Source of the DNA: an uncultured Desulfobacteraceae bacterium
GTDB lineage: Bacteria; Desulfobacterota; DSM-4660; Desulfatiglandales; HGW-15
Direction: 5' to 3'
NCBI GenBank assembly: GCA_964418945.1
Contig: CAYQNR010000001.1
Coordinates: forward strand, 13,414 to 77,413
DNA: 64,000 nucleotides
Both the position numbers and the translations under genes were made by a program. Shown here piece after piece: positions 1-9,539 of the stretch. Each line of letters opens with the position of its first letter. Position 1 is the first letter of the stretch. The notes under the pieces were generated by a model. The model ran no database searches. It was not told the DNA's origin and saw nothing but the letters and a program-made list of their open reading frames with translations.

Positions 1-1022
1 TCATTATTTTTGTTCTCTCAGTTCTTCCTTATATGGGGAGGGCGGGAATGATTCTATACAGGACGGAAATCTCCTCATTGGCAACGGAAAATTTCCATTA
101 TCGGACCAAAAAGACCATCAATATATTATTCTATGTTTACGTCACTTTGACATTGCTTGAGATCATTCTTTTACTTTTCTGTGGTATGAACCTGTTTGAT
201 GCTATTACCCATTCTTTTGCCACTATTGCCACAGGAGGCTTTTCTCCCAAGAACGTAAGTATTTCATACTATAATAGTCCATCTATAGAAATCGTGATCA
301 TCGTATTCATGATTCTATCAGGTGTTCATTTCGGTCTTCTTTTCGGTGTAATTTCGGGAAAGATATCGCAAATATGGAAATCGAGCATTGTTCGTTATTA
401 CATATTTGCACTTATTGCGGGTACTATAATCACTGTGATGAGTGTCCGGATGCATAATTATGATACGTGGTTAGAATCATTGCGGTACTCCGCCTTTCAA
501 ATAATTTCATTAGGTACATCGACGGGTTTTGCCACGGCTGATACCTCTATTTGGCCTTCTCTTACACAGCTGATCATGATATTTTTTACATTGCAATGTG
601 CGTGTGCTGGTTCTACATCCGGAGGCATTAAAGTAGATAGAGTTGTTATCTTTTGGAAGTCATTCCAAAAAAGGCTTATTCAATTCAGGCATCCCAGAGC
701 TATAGTCGTCCCTAAAATCGATAAGATGGCAATCAAAGAAGATGAGTTAGAGATGGGTATTCTATATATTTGTGTTTATATGGGTGTCGTTTTCATTTCA
801 AGCATCCTTCTAACATCCCTGGGTCTTGATTCTCTCTCGGCATTTTCGGCGTCAGCCGCAACAATGGGTAATGTAGGTCCCGGTTTTGGCATGGTTGGCT
901 CAATGAGTAATTTCGGTTCTATCCCGGATATCGGAAAGTTGATTCTGACAGGAACCATGCTGCTAGGTCGACTGGAAATATTTGGGCTGATTATATTTTT
1001 TACGGTAAGATCATGGAAGTAG
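1..1022 (+). CDS. trkH: Trk/Ktr-type K+ uptake membrane subunit (TrkH/KtrB family), 5' end outside window
   Basis: The frame is open from the window edge. Repeated pore-loop-like motifs (TGGFS, GTSTGFATAD, STSGGIKVDR, MGNVGPGFG) and a multi-TM profile are typical of TrkH/KtrB. Confidence 0.85.
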   Translation, partial: IIFVLSVLPYMGRAGMILYRTEISSLATENFHYRTKKTINILFYVYVTLTLLEIILLLFCGMNLFDAITHSFATIATGGFSPKNVSISYYNSPSIEIVIIVFMILSGVHFGLLFGVISGKISQIWKSSIVRYYIFALIAGTIITVMSVRMHNYDTWLESLRYSAFQIISLGTSTGFATADTSIWPSLTQLIMIFFTLQCACAGSTSGGIKVDRVVIFWKSFQKRLIQFRHPRAIVVPKIDKMAIKEDELEMGILYICVYMGVVFISSILLTSLGLDSLSAFSASAATMGNVGPGFGMVGSMSNFGSIPDIGKLILTGTMLLGRLEIFGLIIFFTVRSWK

Positions 1023-1241
1023 GGAGGAAGGGGAAAATATTTTAAATAACAAAGTGCTCAAACCAAGGGCTGCTATCCAACTCATCCATGCCCCTTACAA
1101 GATCAGCCCTTAATCTAGCTAATCTGGGCATACACCCAAGATATCATTCCGGAACAAAACAGTTATGCACCTTCTGCACGAACGCCCCCTATTATTACAT
1201 TAGATAACCCATAGGACAATGTGATATAATTCTATTCACCT

Positions 1242-2816
1242 ATGATGATAAGATACAAATATAGTCTACTGAAAAGCGCATTCCTGATCTTAATCTGGAT
1301 GGGATGCTGTAATGCGTCAGGACACGGTTATGAACCTTTACCAATCACTCAAACAAAAAATCATCAGGAACGGTTAAGGAACGGGAAACACGCTGAAAAA
1401 AATGATAAATGGCTGGAACTCCTGACAGATATAAGTGTCTCGCTTGAAGGTGCAGGTGTTTATAAAGGTAATTATCAAGCAAAAACCCGAAGGGAAGTAC
1501 AATTCGATGCATTAAAAATAAAAGACCTGCATATCCATTTTGGGTTACGGGAAGATATATTATTCAACAGCTCCCCTGAACAGATCGACCATATAATTAA
1601 TTACATCCAGGCCGGATATGAAATATTTAATGGAAGGATCATAGCCTTATGGGATCATACATGCCACAACCCCAGCAGAGAGCTCGAAGAAAAAGAGACA
1701 AACGATATCCACTGGAACGAACTGGGAATAGGTTTTGAAACGAATGGGATGATGCTCGGTCACAAGGATGATGGCATAAACTTCAATGCCAGCTCGAAGT
1801 GGCTTAATAGTATCCACTGGAAGGCTACCCTCAGTAAGATCTGGATGAGGACTGAAAATGATTATGAGTGGATATTAAAGTTCGGTGCACGAGATGACAT
1901 ATTCAGGATAGGTACGCATGTCTTTTACACTCAAACCGATCTTGAACTCATTTATGATTACAGGGGTGTTAACTTCAATTCCAATCTGAAGGTTGGGGAC
2001 AGATTCCATTTAAATGAATATGCCTGCCTGATATTATTTTTAGGCTATGAGCATTTTGATGATTGGTACTATTTAGACCATAAAGAGAATATATTTTCAG
2101 GTGGTCTGTCACTCGAAATGGGACTGGGTGGTAAAGGCGATTGGATTCATCCCCCTATAAAGAAACAAGACGTCTCCTGGGCCCCCGATTGCTCCATAAC
2201 AGGAGGATATTCCAATATTCTGGGCAATGAAAGATACGGTCACGGCAGTGATTTTACTCTTGCCCTGGACCTATTAAAACCGAGGCCTGATACCCTGCTC
2301 GGGCTAAATACCTACGTAGGCATTCTTACCCTTCCTGATGATCTGAATCCCCAGTGGATAAAGTATGAAATCGGACCTTCATTGAGGATTGACCTAAATG
2401 AATACTATCTGGACCTTGTGTATTCATATTCAAGTCTTTTTGGAGTGGAAACTGACAGATCTATGAGGGATTATCATAAATTAGGCATTGAGATAACAGA
2501 AGACATGTGGGCTCACTGGGATATTAAGGCGGGCCTTGCTGCGTATCCGTTAACATCCGGCTTCGATTATGACGGAGAGGTATTCAGCGACCTGACCTTT
2601 AAGCTCAACCCAAAAGGAACAACCTTTTATATAGATTGCCTTTTAAAATATTTACAGGGGAGCGTTGATCATCTCGGTTACGCGATTGAATCAGGTGTAA
2701 CTCTTCTCGGGGAAAAAGGTAACTGTAATATCTACTGGCGTCAGCAAAAGGATATGGATATTTTCAAATTCGAGGAAGGAAAACAGGTATCTCTGGGGAT
2801 AAGATTTCATTTTTAA
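1242..2816 (+). CDS. Hypothetical secreted or outer-membrane protein (524 aa)
   Basis: Long ORF with an N-terminal hydrophobic signal-like segment ending WMGCC. Aromatic-rich with a C-terminal ...IRFHF (terminal Phe as in many OM beta-barrels). No family recognised. Confidence 0.5.
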   Translation: MMIRYKYSLLKSAFLILIWMGCCNASGHGYEPLPITQTKNHQERLRNGKHAEKNDKWLELLTDISVSLEGAGVYKGNYQAKTRREVQFDALKIKDLHIHFGLREDILFNSSPEQIDHIINYIQAGYEIFNGRIIALWDHTCHNPSRELEEKETNDIHWNELGIGFETNGMMLGHKDDGINFNASSKWLNSIHWKATLSKIWMRTENDYEWILKFGARDDIFRIGTHVFYTQTDLELIYDYRGVNFNSNLKVGDRFHLNEYACLILFLGYEHFDDWYYLDHKENIFSGGLSLEMGLGGKGDWIHPPIKKQDVSWAPDCSITGGYSNILGNERYGHGSDFTLALDLLKPRPDTLLGLNTYVGILTLPDDLNPQWIKYEIGPSLRIDLNEYYLDLVYSYSSLFGVETDRSMRDYHKLGIEITEDMWAHWDIKAGLAAYPLTSGFDYDGEVFSDLTFKLNPKGTTFYIDCLLKYLQGSVDHLGYAIESGVTLLGEKGNCNIYWRQQKDMDIFKFEEGKQVSLGIRFHF

Positions 2817-2908
2817 TTATCTATGTCCGAATCAGGGCTTTGCGGCCACCGGATTCCTCCCGGTGACCCAGCCAAAAGCAGGGAGCTCAGTTCATGGTGT
2901 CCGCTCCC

Positions 2909-3541
2909 TTAAGGGGCAGGGTCCTCCGTGGTTTGCTCCTGGTCCTCGCTTTTCGGGTCCACGTAATAGAACCAGTACGGGTAGTACCGATAATAGGGAT
3001 CATACCACACGGAATCATGAGAATACCCATGGTAGTAGTGATATACATACAGTTGTTCTTCCTCCCACAGGTAAATCTCTTGGACTGAAAGATAAGGGTA
3101 GTGATAGTCAATCTCTCCCAGCTTTATAACCTCTTCACCATCCACCACTCCTGCCACGGTAATCTTCCGGCCTTTACTGTATATCTCACTGTCTAAAAAC
3201 CCCTCATACAGGGCTAAAAAACGCCCCTGAGAAACGTCGGTATTAACAGGTTTTCCGTAACTATCCATCTCCGTCTGGTAAATCTCCAGGAGAGTGCCCT
3301 CTTTCTTGTTTTCTGTCTTGACAATGATCCCTCCCAGAAGAACCACCTTTCCCTTATATGCCCCGGGATCTTTAAGCAATTCTTCAAATCTAATCTCACT
3401 ATCCACCTGATTCAGGATATCTTTTGAGAATATATGGGCACAACCGGCCAAACCTATCCCCAGAAGCAGAATGCCTGCTAATTTTCCTATTAGCCCGGCG
3501 TATATGACATCTTTATCTTCAAGATTCCTGGCAATTGCCAT
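2909..3541 (-). CDS. slp: Slp-family outer-membrane lipoprotein with Tyr/Trp-rich C-terminal tail
   Basis: Signal peptide plus lipobox (GLAGC). The core YKGKVVLLGGIIV...GTLLEIYQ...GRFLALYEGFLD resembles the Slp family. The tail is YVYHYYHGYSHDSVWYDPYYRYYPYWFYYVD. Confidence 0.65.
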   Translation of the reverse strand: MAIARNLEDKDVIYAGLIGKLAGILLLGIGLAGCAHIFSKDILNQVDSEIRFEELLKDPGAYKGKVVLLGGIIVKTENKKEGTLLEIYQTEMDSYGKPVNTDVSQGRFLALYEGFLDSEIYSKGRKITVAGVVDGEEVIKLGEIDYHYPYLSVQEIYLWEEEQLYVYHYYHGYSHDSVWYDPYYRYYPYWFYYVDPKSEDQEQTTEDPAP

Positions 3542-3573
3542 AGTCTCTGTGCCTCCATCTATAGAATCTACCT

Positions 3574-4029
3574 TTACTGGGTATGCATCAGTTTTGAAAC
3601 AGCCATGATGGATTCATTCATGCCGTCGAGACGATTTACCAGCAGTTCAATAAAATAGTTTTTGACCTTATCCCGTATACCGGGCTCGACCTTTTCAAAA
3701 AAATTCGAATCCATTCTTAATACCTGGACATCATCATTTGCCAATGCGTCGCTGTGGCGGATTTTCTTTGAGAAGAAGGACATCTCCCCGAATATTTCAC
3801 CTGGTTTTAATTTAGCCAGACGAATAGTGTGTCCATCTGCCTTTTTGACGATCAACACACTCCCTTTGAGAAGAAGATAGATTGCAGTAGATTCATCACC
3901 CTCCTCTATAATAATATCTCCCCGATTATACTCCTCGAGCACATGGCCCATTTTTGAGAATGACTTGAGTTCCTTTTCCGAGAAGTCCTTAAACATAGTC
4001 ATATCTTCAATCTGTTCATATAAAGACAT
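3574..4029 (-). CDS. Cyclic-nucleotide-binding domain protein
   Basis: cNMP-binding fold motifs (GEIFGEMSFF, RHSDALA). I moved the start to the ATG at 4029, which is preceded by AAGGAGGAGGAT. The longer track ORF overlaps the upstream gene. Confidence 0.75.
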   Translation of the reverse strand: MSLYEQIEDMTMFKDFSEKELKSFSKMGHVLEEYNRGDIIIEEGDESTAIYLLLKGSVLIVKKADGHTIRLAKLKPGEIFGEMSFFSKKIRHSDALANDDVQVLRMDSNFFEKVEPGIRDKVKNYFIELLVNRLDGMNESIMAVSKLMHTQ

Positions 4030-4055
4030 ATCCTCCTCCTTTATTTTAGTCTCTC

Positions 4056-4880
4056 TCACATCCGCCAGGTTACCCTGGGCGCCTTGCGCCGCGGAATCCT
4101 GTGATAGCTGTATTTTGGATACCCGATCATCATAGAGCCGAAACACATGTGCCCTTCCGAAAGCGGCATGACCTCCTTCAGGGGAGGGAACGTATTGGCC
4201 GCTGCATTAAAAAACCCTGCCCAGCAACACCCCAGCCCCCTGGCCGCAGCCGCCAGTTCAAGATAGGTTAAAGCGATAACGCTGTTTGCAGAGGCCAGGC
4301 GGTTTTCTTCTTCCCCGTGGGCCACTATAACTGCGGGAGCGTTTCGAAGGGTAACATCTATACCCTCTTCCCAGCGCCTCACCGCATTATCCAGACGCAT
4401 TTCCCTGGCCAATTCCGGCATATTATCCATCAACCAGCGCATCCAGTCGACAGTCATCCCCGAAAGCTTGTTCAATTCATCCCTGTTTCCCAGGACCAGC
4501 CATTCCACACTTTGAGAATTGTGCCCGGTCGGAGCGTATCGTGCGGTTTCTATAAGTCCTGACAGAACTTCAGGAGATACAGGCTTATCCTCATAAACCC
4601 TTATGGACCGCCGACTCTTTAAAAAATGCTCACATTGTTCCGGCTTCACATAAAGCTCTTTTTGTACTGGATCACACTGCTCAACAGACATAACACGATG
4701 CTTCAGGCTCCCGGTAGGACAGACCGCCACGCAATGACCGCAACGGATACAGACATCCTCAGCCTCGGCAACAGGTTTCGGATAATCCCCTTTCTTAAAA
4801 TCAATAAGTCCGGAGGGGCAAACCGCGGCGCAAATTCCGTCCTGAATACATGTCTCCTTGTCTACTTCTAATATATCCAA
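4056..4880 (-). CDS. Nitroreductase-family protein with N-terminal 2x[4Fe-4S] ferredoxin domain
   Basis: Two CxxCxxCxxxCP motifs (CIQDGICAAVCP, CIRCGHCVAVCP) are followed by a nitroreductase-like core (RRSIRVY, APTGHNSQ). TTG start preceded by GGGAG. Confidence 0.75.
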   Translation of the reverse strand: MDILEVDKETCIQDGICAAVCPSGLIDFKKGDYPKPVAEAEDVCIRCGHCVAVCPTGSLKHRVMSVEQCDPVQKELYVKPEQCEHFLKSRRSIRVYEDKPVSPEVLSGLIETARYAPTGHNSQSVEWLVLGNRDELNKLSGMTVDWMRWLMDNMPELAREMRLDNAVRRWEEGIDVTLRNAPAVIVAHGEEENRLASANSVIALTYLELAAAARGLGCCWAGFFNAAANTFPPLKEVMPLSEGHMCFGSMMIGYPKYSYHRIPRRKAPRVTWRM

Positions 4881-4899
4881 TGCAAACTCCCTTTGTCTA

Positions 4900-5219
4900 G
4901 GTTTATCCGGTCACGGCGGTTCTTTTCAAGACGACATCTATAGTATCCCGTGGACGTGGTCTTATTTTCAAGGGTTTGGCAAACCTTTTCCTGGTGGCAA
5001 AGGCATATTCTGCCAGGGGTTCTGGTGGAGCAAACCCTTCAAACAAGCCCACTGCAGGCCTGGGGTGGAATTCTTTTTGAGATGTCGTTTTTCCAAGAAC
5101 CACCGTGACTTCAGGTCTTAATACTTTTCGAAATGATATCTAAATATTTTGGGCCATTAAGGTACTTATAATAAGCCTTAATCTTTTACTTCTTTGCGTA
5201 CTCATTAACCGGATGAAAC
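4900..5219 (+). mobile_element. MITE-like composite element, copy A (variant cargo module)
   Basis: The right arm and TIR (GCGTACTCATTAACCGGATGAAAC) match the other copies. The left end GGTTTATCCGGT is interrupted by a ~200-bp module with imperfect 29-nt inverted arms at 4910-4938 and 5081-5109. Confidence 0.7.
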
Positions 5220-5244
5220 TTTATTTATTAATCACACATCAGCT

Positions 5245-6192
5245 TCAATCCCCGTATTTATCCATCAGGTCCGCTATGCCACCCACCTCTTCGGCCATAT
5301 CATCTGTCCTGCCCGTGAATCCGGGTTCTTCTATCACTCCCCTTTTCGAAAGCAATGTTTTTATGACGGCCGTCCCATGTTTGTCATAAATATCCTTCAG
5401 ATTATTCAGGTATCTTCCTGTTTCCCATACCTGCTTCATATAATCCGGATAATCCCTTCTGTTGCCGTTGAGATTGAGGGAGGCGGTTGTTATCTTTTGC
5501 CATGCCCTTGGCGCCAGGTTGGCGCCCTTTGATACAATTCCATGCAGGCTGGGATGAGCCAGAAAATGAGATTCATCCCCGTCGTATATCCGAAAATCGG
5601 TTCGTGTCCGGACTACCTTCTGGTAGTTATAAGCCCGTTCCAGTGATCCTGAAAAGATAAGCCCTCTGATATCTCTCGCCCGGACAAGCTCTTTCAGAAT
5701 ACCTGTACGGATGTTACTCCTTTTAAACGGCCTGTTGAGAGGGCTGGTAAGATGGGGATCGTTATGAAGTATAAAAGGTCCATCAGCTATCGAAACCATC
5801 TCTTTATAATGATCTGGCAGCCCCCTGTTGCTGTGATAATACAGGGGGGTGTCAACCCAGAATAATGGCCCTTTGTATTTTCGAAGCTCCACTCTCTTTT
5901 TGAGGGAAATTAAGGTCTCCCTGGTCTTTTCGTCCGTCTCCCGGCTTATCCACATAAAAACAGGTGCCCGTTCTTGGATAACCACAAGACTCTTTTCAAG
6001 CAATTCCTCCCTTTGCTCGGTCCCGAGCTTGTCACCCTCTCCCATATAGGGGCTGGAAACAAACAATGCCTGGACATAGGGTAGGACCCTGTCCAACTGC
6101 TTCTCCAGGCCTCTACCGTCGATCCCTCCTTCCCCGGTGAAAGGCGTTACAAGGTCGATTATCAATCCTCTAGGCAGATGTAAAACCGCCAT
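5245..6192 (-). CDS. DapA/NanA-like class I aldolase-fold protein (divergent)
   Basis: The N-terminus LVTPFTGEGGIDGRGLEKQLDRVL resembles the dihydrodipicolinate synthase family, but the canonical GTTGE motif is not conserved. Forms an operon with kdsD. Confidence 0.35.
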   Translation of the reverse strand: MAVLHLPRGLIIDLVTPFTGEGGIDGRGLEKQLDRVLPYVQALFVSSPYMGEGDKLGTEQREELLEKSLVVIQERAPVFMWISRETDEKTRETLISLKKRVELRKYKGPLFWVDTPLYYHSNRGLPDHYKEMVSIADGPFILHNDPHLTSPLNRPFKRSNIRTGILKELVRARDIRGLIFSGSLERAYNYQKVVRTRTDFRIYDGDESHFLAHPSLHGIVSKGANLAPRAWQKITTASLNLNGNRRDYPDYMKQVWETGRYLNNLKDIYDKHGTAVIKTLLSKRGVIEEPGFTGRTDDMAEEVGGIADLMDKYGD

Positions 6193-7177
6193 TTAACTTG
6201 AATTCTCCTCTCCCCAACAGATCGTGCAGATGTACCACACCTTTCAATCGTTTTTCTCTGTCCAAGATTACCAGATGGGTTATTCCATATAATTCCATTA
6301 TCCCAAGGGCCTCGGCAGCAAACAGATCTTCACCTATGGTCCTTGGTGACGGGGTCATAATCTGTTCGACCTTCATTGAATAGATATCCTTATGGCCTAT
6401 CAATGCCCTTCTGAGATCGCCGTCCGTTAAGATACCCGACAGTCTTCTGCTTTCGTCAACAACAACCGTGGCCCCGATCCCTTTGGAATCCATCTCCATT
6501 ATGGCTTCCCCTACCGTCGAACCAAGTAATGCGGCAGGGATATTATCATCTGTTAACATTACCTCCTTTACCCTGACGGCAAGCCTCTCCCCGAGGCTTC
6601 CGCCCGGGTGATACCTTTTAAAGTCCTCCTGGCTGAATCGCCTGAGGTTTATCAGGACAACACAAAGGGCGTCTCCCATAGCAAGAACAGCGGTAGTGCT
6701 GGTGGTGGGGGCGAGGTTCATCGGACATGCCTCTCTCTCCACACCCACATCGATAACAATGTCGCTTATCCGCGCCATGGGAGAATCAAGCCCGCCGGTA
6801 AAGGATATTATCCTGGCGCCCATCTTCTTGATAATGGGTAACAGCCTGTTTATCTCCTGTGTATGACCGCTGTTTGATATGGCTAGGATAACATCGTCTT
6901 TTGTCACCATCCCCAGATCACCGTGTATCGCCTCTGCAGGGTGCATAAACAGAGAGGGGGTGCCGGTGCTATTCAAGGTGGCGGATATCTTCCTGGCCAC
7001 AAGCCCGGACTTCCCCATGCCCGTTAATACCACCCGGCCCTTTGACTTGAGGATGATGCGTACTGCCTCCTCAAATTCCGGACCCACCCGTTCCACAAGG
7101 TCCATAATGCCCTGGGCCTCTATATTCAATACCTCACTTACCTGTTCTGCAACCGTCTTTTGTTTCCCTGAATCCAA
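6170..7177 (-). CDS. kdsD: Arabinose-5-phosphate isomerase (KpsF/GutQ family; SIS + tandem CBS)
   Basis: SIS motif VVLTGMGKSG and ISNSG, followed by a C-terminal CBS pair. Typical length of 335 aa. Confidence 0.9.
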   Translation of the reverse strand: MDSGKQKTVAEQVSEVLNIEAQGIMDLVERVGPEFEEAVRIILKSKGRVVLTGMGKSGLVARKISATLNSTGTPSLFMHPAEAIHGDLGMVTKDDVILAISNSGHTQEINRLLPIIKKMGARIISFTGGLDSPMARISDIVIDVGVEREACPMNLAPTTSTTAVLAMGDALCVVLINLRRFSQEDFKRYHPGGSLGERLAVRVKEVMLTDDNIPAALLGSTVGEAIMEMDSKGIGATVVVDESRRLSGILTDGDLRRALIGHKDIYSMKVEQIMTPSPRTIGEDLFAAEALGIMELYGITHLVILDREKRLKGVVHLHDLLGRGEFKLNGGFTSA

Positions 7178-7433
7178 AAAACCTGCCCCCTCTTTGATTC
7201 AATATAAATGAAATTACTTTACGCCGGTTGTTTATCACTTTCATTGGTGTATGACAAGAATTATCATGTACTATCTTCTCTCCTCTTAACTTTGATTTGT
7301 TTATGCCAGGCTGGGTGAGGCCTAATCTTTTTGACAAAGATGTTGCCGTTTCACCCAATTCACGAACTGCCCAATAACAAAATACACTTCTCGGTTTTAT
7401 AATCGTTCCCTCCCCCGTTTAAAAGTACAAAAC

Positions 7434-7462
7434 TTGAGTTGAATTTAACCTGTTTTTATAAT
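7434..7462 (+). promoter_or_regulatory. Putative sigma-70 promoter for thrC
   Basis: TTGAGT-N17-TATAAT, located 34 nt upstream of the thrC ATG. Confidence 0.45.
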
Positions 7463-7495
7463 AGTCTTATATAATCTCACACAAAGGATCAAATA

Positions 7496-9001
7496 ATGAA
7501 GCTCGATCAATTCCCTGAAGACATAAGGCAGTATCTGATTCCCCAACCGGACGGCATGATGTATTACAAGTGTCTTGGTTGCCAAGGCGAATTCGGCATT
7601 GACCGGCTGTTATACACATGCCCTGAATGCGGTAATGTGCTTATGCTCCATGACAGGAGCTTCGATCGCTACAAGGATATCAGCGGACAACTGTGGAGGA
7701 AGATCTTTGATTACCGAAAGATGCTGAACAATCAACCCCTCAAGGGTATCTTTCGCTATTATGAATTCATTGCGCCTGTAATCCCCCTTGACCGGATCAT
7801 CTTTTTGGGAGAGGGTCACACCCCCTTGGTTGAAGCCAATGACACCCTAAAGGATATGGTCGGGCTGGACTTTTACTTCAAAGACGAAGGCCTCAATCCC
7901 AGTGCCTCTTTCAAGGACAGGGGAATGGCGTGCGCACTCAGCTTTATCAACCATTTTGCCAAAATCAACAAGCTGGACAAAATGCTGGCCATATGCGCCT
8001 CTACCGGAGACACTTCTGCATCCGCCGCCCTCTACGCCTCTTATCTCAAAGATCTCCTTAAATCAGCCGTCCTCCTTCCACAGGGAAAAGTGACGGCCCA
8101 GCAACTGGCCCAACCCCTGGGAAGCGGTGCAAAGGTGCTGGAGATCCCCGGTGTCTTTGACGACTGCATGAAGGTGGTGGAGTTTCTGGCGGATAATTAT
8201 CAGGTAGCGCTTCTTAATTCGAAGAACAGCTGGCGCATCCTGGGACAGGAGTCCTTCTCCTACGAAATCGCCCAGGATTTCGACTATGATTTAAGGAACA
8301 AGGCGGTAGTCCTGCCTATAGGCAATGCCGGAAATATCACGGCTGTTATGAACGGTTTTATAAAGTTCCACAGGGCCGGGATCATTGAACATCTCCCTAA
8401 AATAATAGGGGTGCAATCCGAACACGCCGATCCGGTGTACCGATATTACCTGGAAAATGACCCCCGGAAACGCCTCTTCAGACCCGTTAATGTTAAATCC
8501 AGTGTTGCCCAGGCAGCCATGATAGGAAACCCCGTATCCATACCCCGGGTTATCAAGGTCGCTGAGGAGTATGATAAAACAGCCGGAGGAAAGAGGATCT
8601 TCGTGGTACAAGTAACTGAACAGGATATCATGGATTCTATGATTATCGCCAACAGGAACGGGAATATCGCCTGCACACAAGGGGGAGAATCCATGGCAGG
8701 GCTTAAAAAGGCGGTGGAAAATGGTCATGTCGGCCCGGGAGAGATCGGCCTGCTTGATTCTACCGCCCATATGCTCAAATTCCTGGCCTTTCAGGAGATG
8801 TATTTCACCAACAATTTTGATCCGGACTACGATATAAGACCCCGGCAGGAATTGAAGAATAGCCCCATAATGGTCAAGGCCGAGGGCCAGGTAAGATGTC
8901 CGGAAGCCGGCAGGCCCCTTGAAGGGGAGGAAATGAAACGTTTTGTACAGGCTATGAGCTATGAGATAGCTCAAATCCTGGGTTTAGAAAAAAACAGATG
9001 A
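7496..9001 (+). CDS. thrC: Threonine synthase (long form with N-terminal Zn-ribbon)
   Basis: CxxC...CxxC N-terminus, PLP-lysine motif SFKDRG and STGDTSAS. 501 aa. Confidence 0.88.
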   Translation: MKLDQFPEDIRQYLIPQPDGMMYYKCLGCQGEFGIDRLLYTCPECGNVLMLHDRSFDRYKDISGQLWRKIFDYRKMLNNQPLKGIFRYYEFIAPVIPLDRIIFLGEGHTPLVEANDTLKDMVGLDFYFKDEGLNPSASFKDRGMACALSFINHFAKINKLDKMLAICASTGDTSASAALYASYLKDLLKSAVLLPQGKVTAQQLAQPLGSGAKVLEIPGVFDDCMKVVEFLADNYQVALLNSKNSWRILGQESFSYEIAQDFDYDLRNKAVVLPIGNAGNITAVMNGFIKFHRAGIIEHLPKIIGVQSEHADPVYRYYLENDPRKRLFRPVNVKSSVAQAAMIGNPVSIPRVIKVAEEYDKTAGGKRIFVVQVTEQDIMDSMIIANRNGNIACTQGGESMAGLKKAVENGHVGPGEIGLLDSTAHMLKFLAFQEMYFTNNFDPDYDIRPRQELKNSPIMVKAEGQVRCPEAGRPLEGEEMKRFVQAMSYEIAQILGLEKNR

Positions 9002-9471
9002 ATATCCTATTTGTGTGTACCGGGAACGTCAGCAGGAGCTTTCTCGCCGAAATGCTCCTGAAATATGAGATTAAAAGGCATAAACTGGAGAATGTCACTG
9101 TATCATCCGCGGGCCTTTATGCCTACCAGGGCATGCCTGCCGATCCAGAGATAATAGATTACTTGTCGAAAACAGGGGTGCCCTGGGAAAACCATAAGGC
9201 AAGAACCGTTACAAAGGAAGACGTGGACCTGGCAGACCTTATCCTGGTGATGGAAAAGGCTCATTTAGAGGCCCTTGCAAGTCAATGGCCCCAGGCGAAA
9301 GATAAGATAGAACTTTTAAGCAAATATATCGCACCGGACCAAGCCGAGGACGATATCATCGACCCCTACGGTAAATCCCTCTATCATTATCGGGTCACCC
9401 AGGCCCAGATCACCATGGCTGTCAGATCCCTTATAAGAGAAATCCTTCCTCAGAACAAAGAAGCCGGGTGA
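8998..9471 (+). CDS. Low-molecular-weight protein-tyrosine phosphatase / ArsC-like
   Basis: P-loop CTGNVSRS at the N-terminus and DPY near the C-terminus. ATGA overlap with the thrC stop. Confidence 0.85.
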   Translation: MNILFVCTGNVSRSFLAEMLLKYEIKRHKLENVTVSSAGLYAYQGMPADPEIIDYLSKTGVPWENHKARTVTKEDVDLADLILVMEKAHLEALASQWPQAKDKIELLSKYIAPDQAEDDIIDPYGKSLYHYRVTQAQITMAVRSLIREILPQNKEAG

Positions 9472-9539
9472 AAGTTCGGTGATTCGATATCCCAAGGTCC
9501 ATAATGACCTCTAAACTTGATATTTAGATAGTATTCTTG

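Noticed and set aside
4858-5121. ORFs 4858-5121 (+) and 4903-5103 (-) upstream of the nitroreductase gene
   Set aside because: Both run through the palindromic cargo module of element copy A. Mirror-image ORFs on both strands are expected from a long inverted repeat, and no RBS or recognisable protein features are present.
7134-7358. 74-aa ORF with an HTH-like stretch (SKRLGLTQPGINKSKLRGEKIV) upstream of and overlapping the kdsD start
   Set aside because: The HTH-like segment sits at the extreme N-terminus without the preceding helices. The rest is low-complexity and overlaps kdsD by 44 nt. It is at best a gene remnant, with too little evidence to call.
8291-8974. Long antisense ORFs inside well-supported genes, e.g. 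8291-8974 within thrC, 60129-60719 opposite the ACAD and cupin-like genes, 19739-20299 opposite the ACAD gene, and 54005-54559 opposite hypD
   Set aside because: The sense-strand genes have clear family motifs. The antisense translations are low-complexity (Pro/Arg/Ser-rich) with no motifs, which is typical of shadow ORFs.
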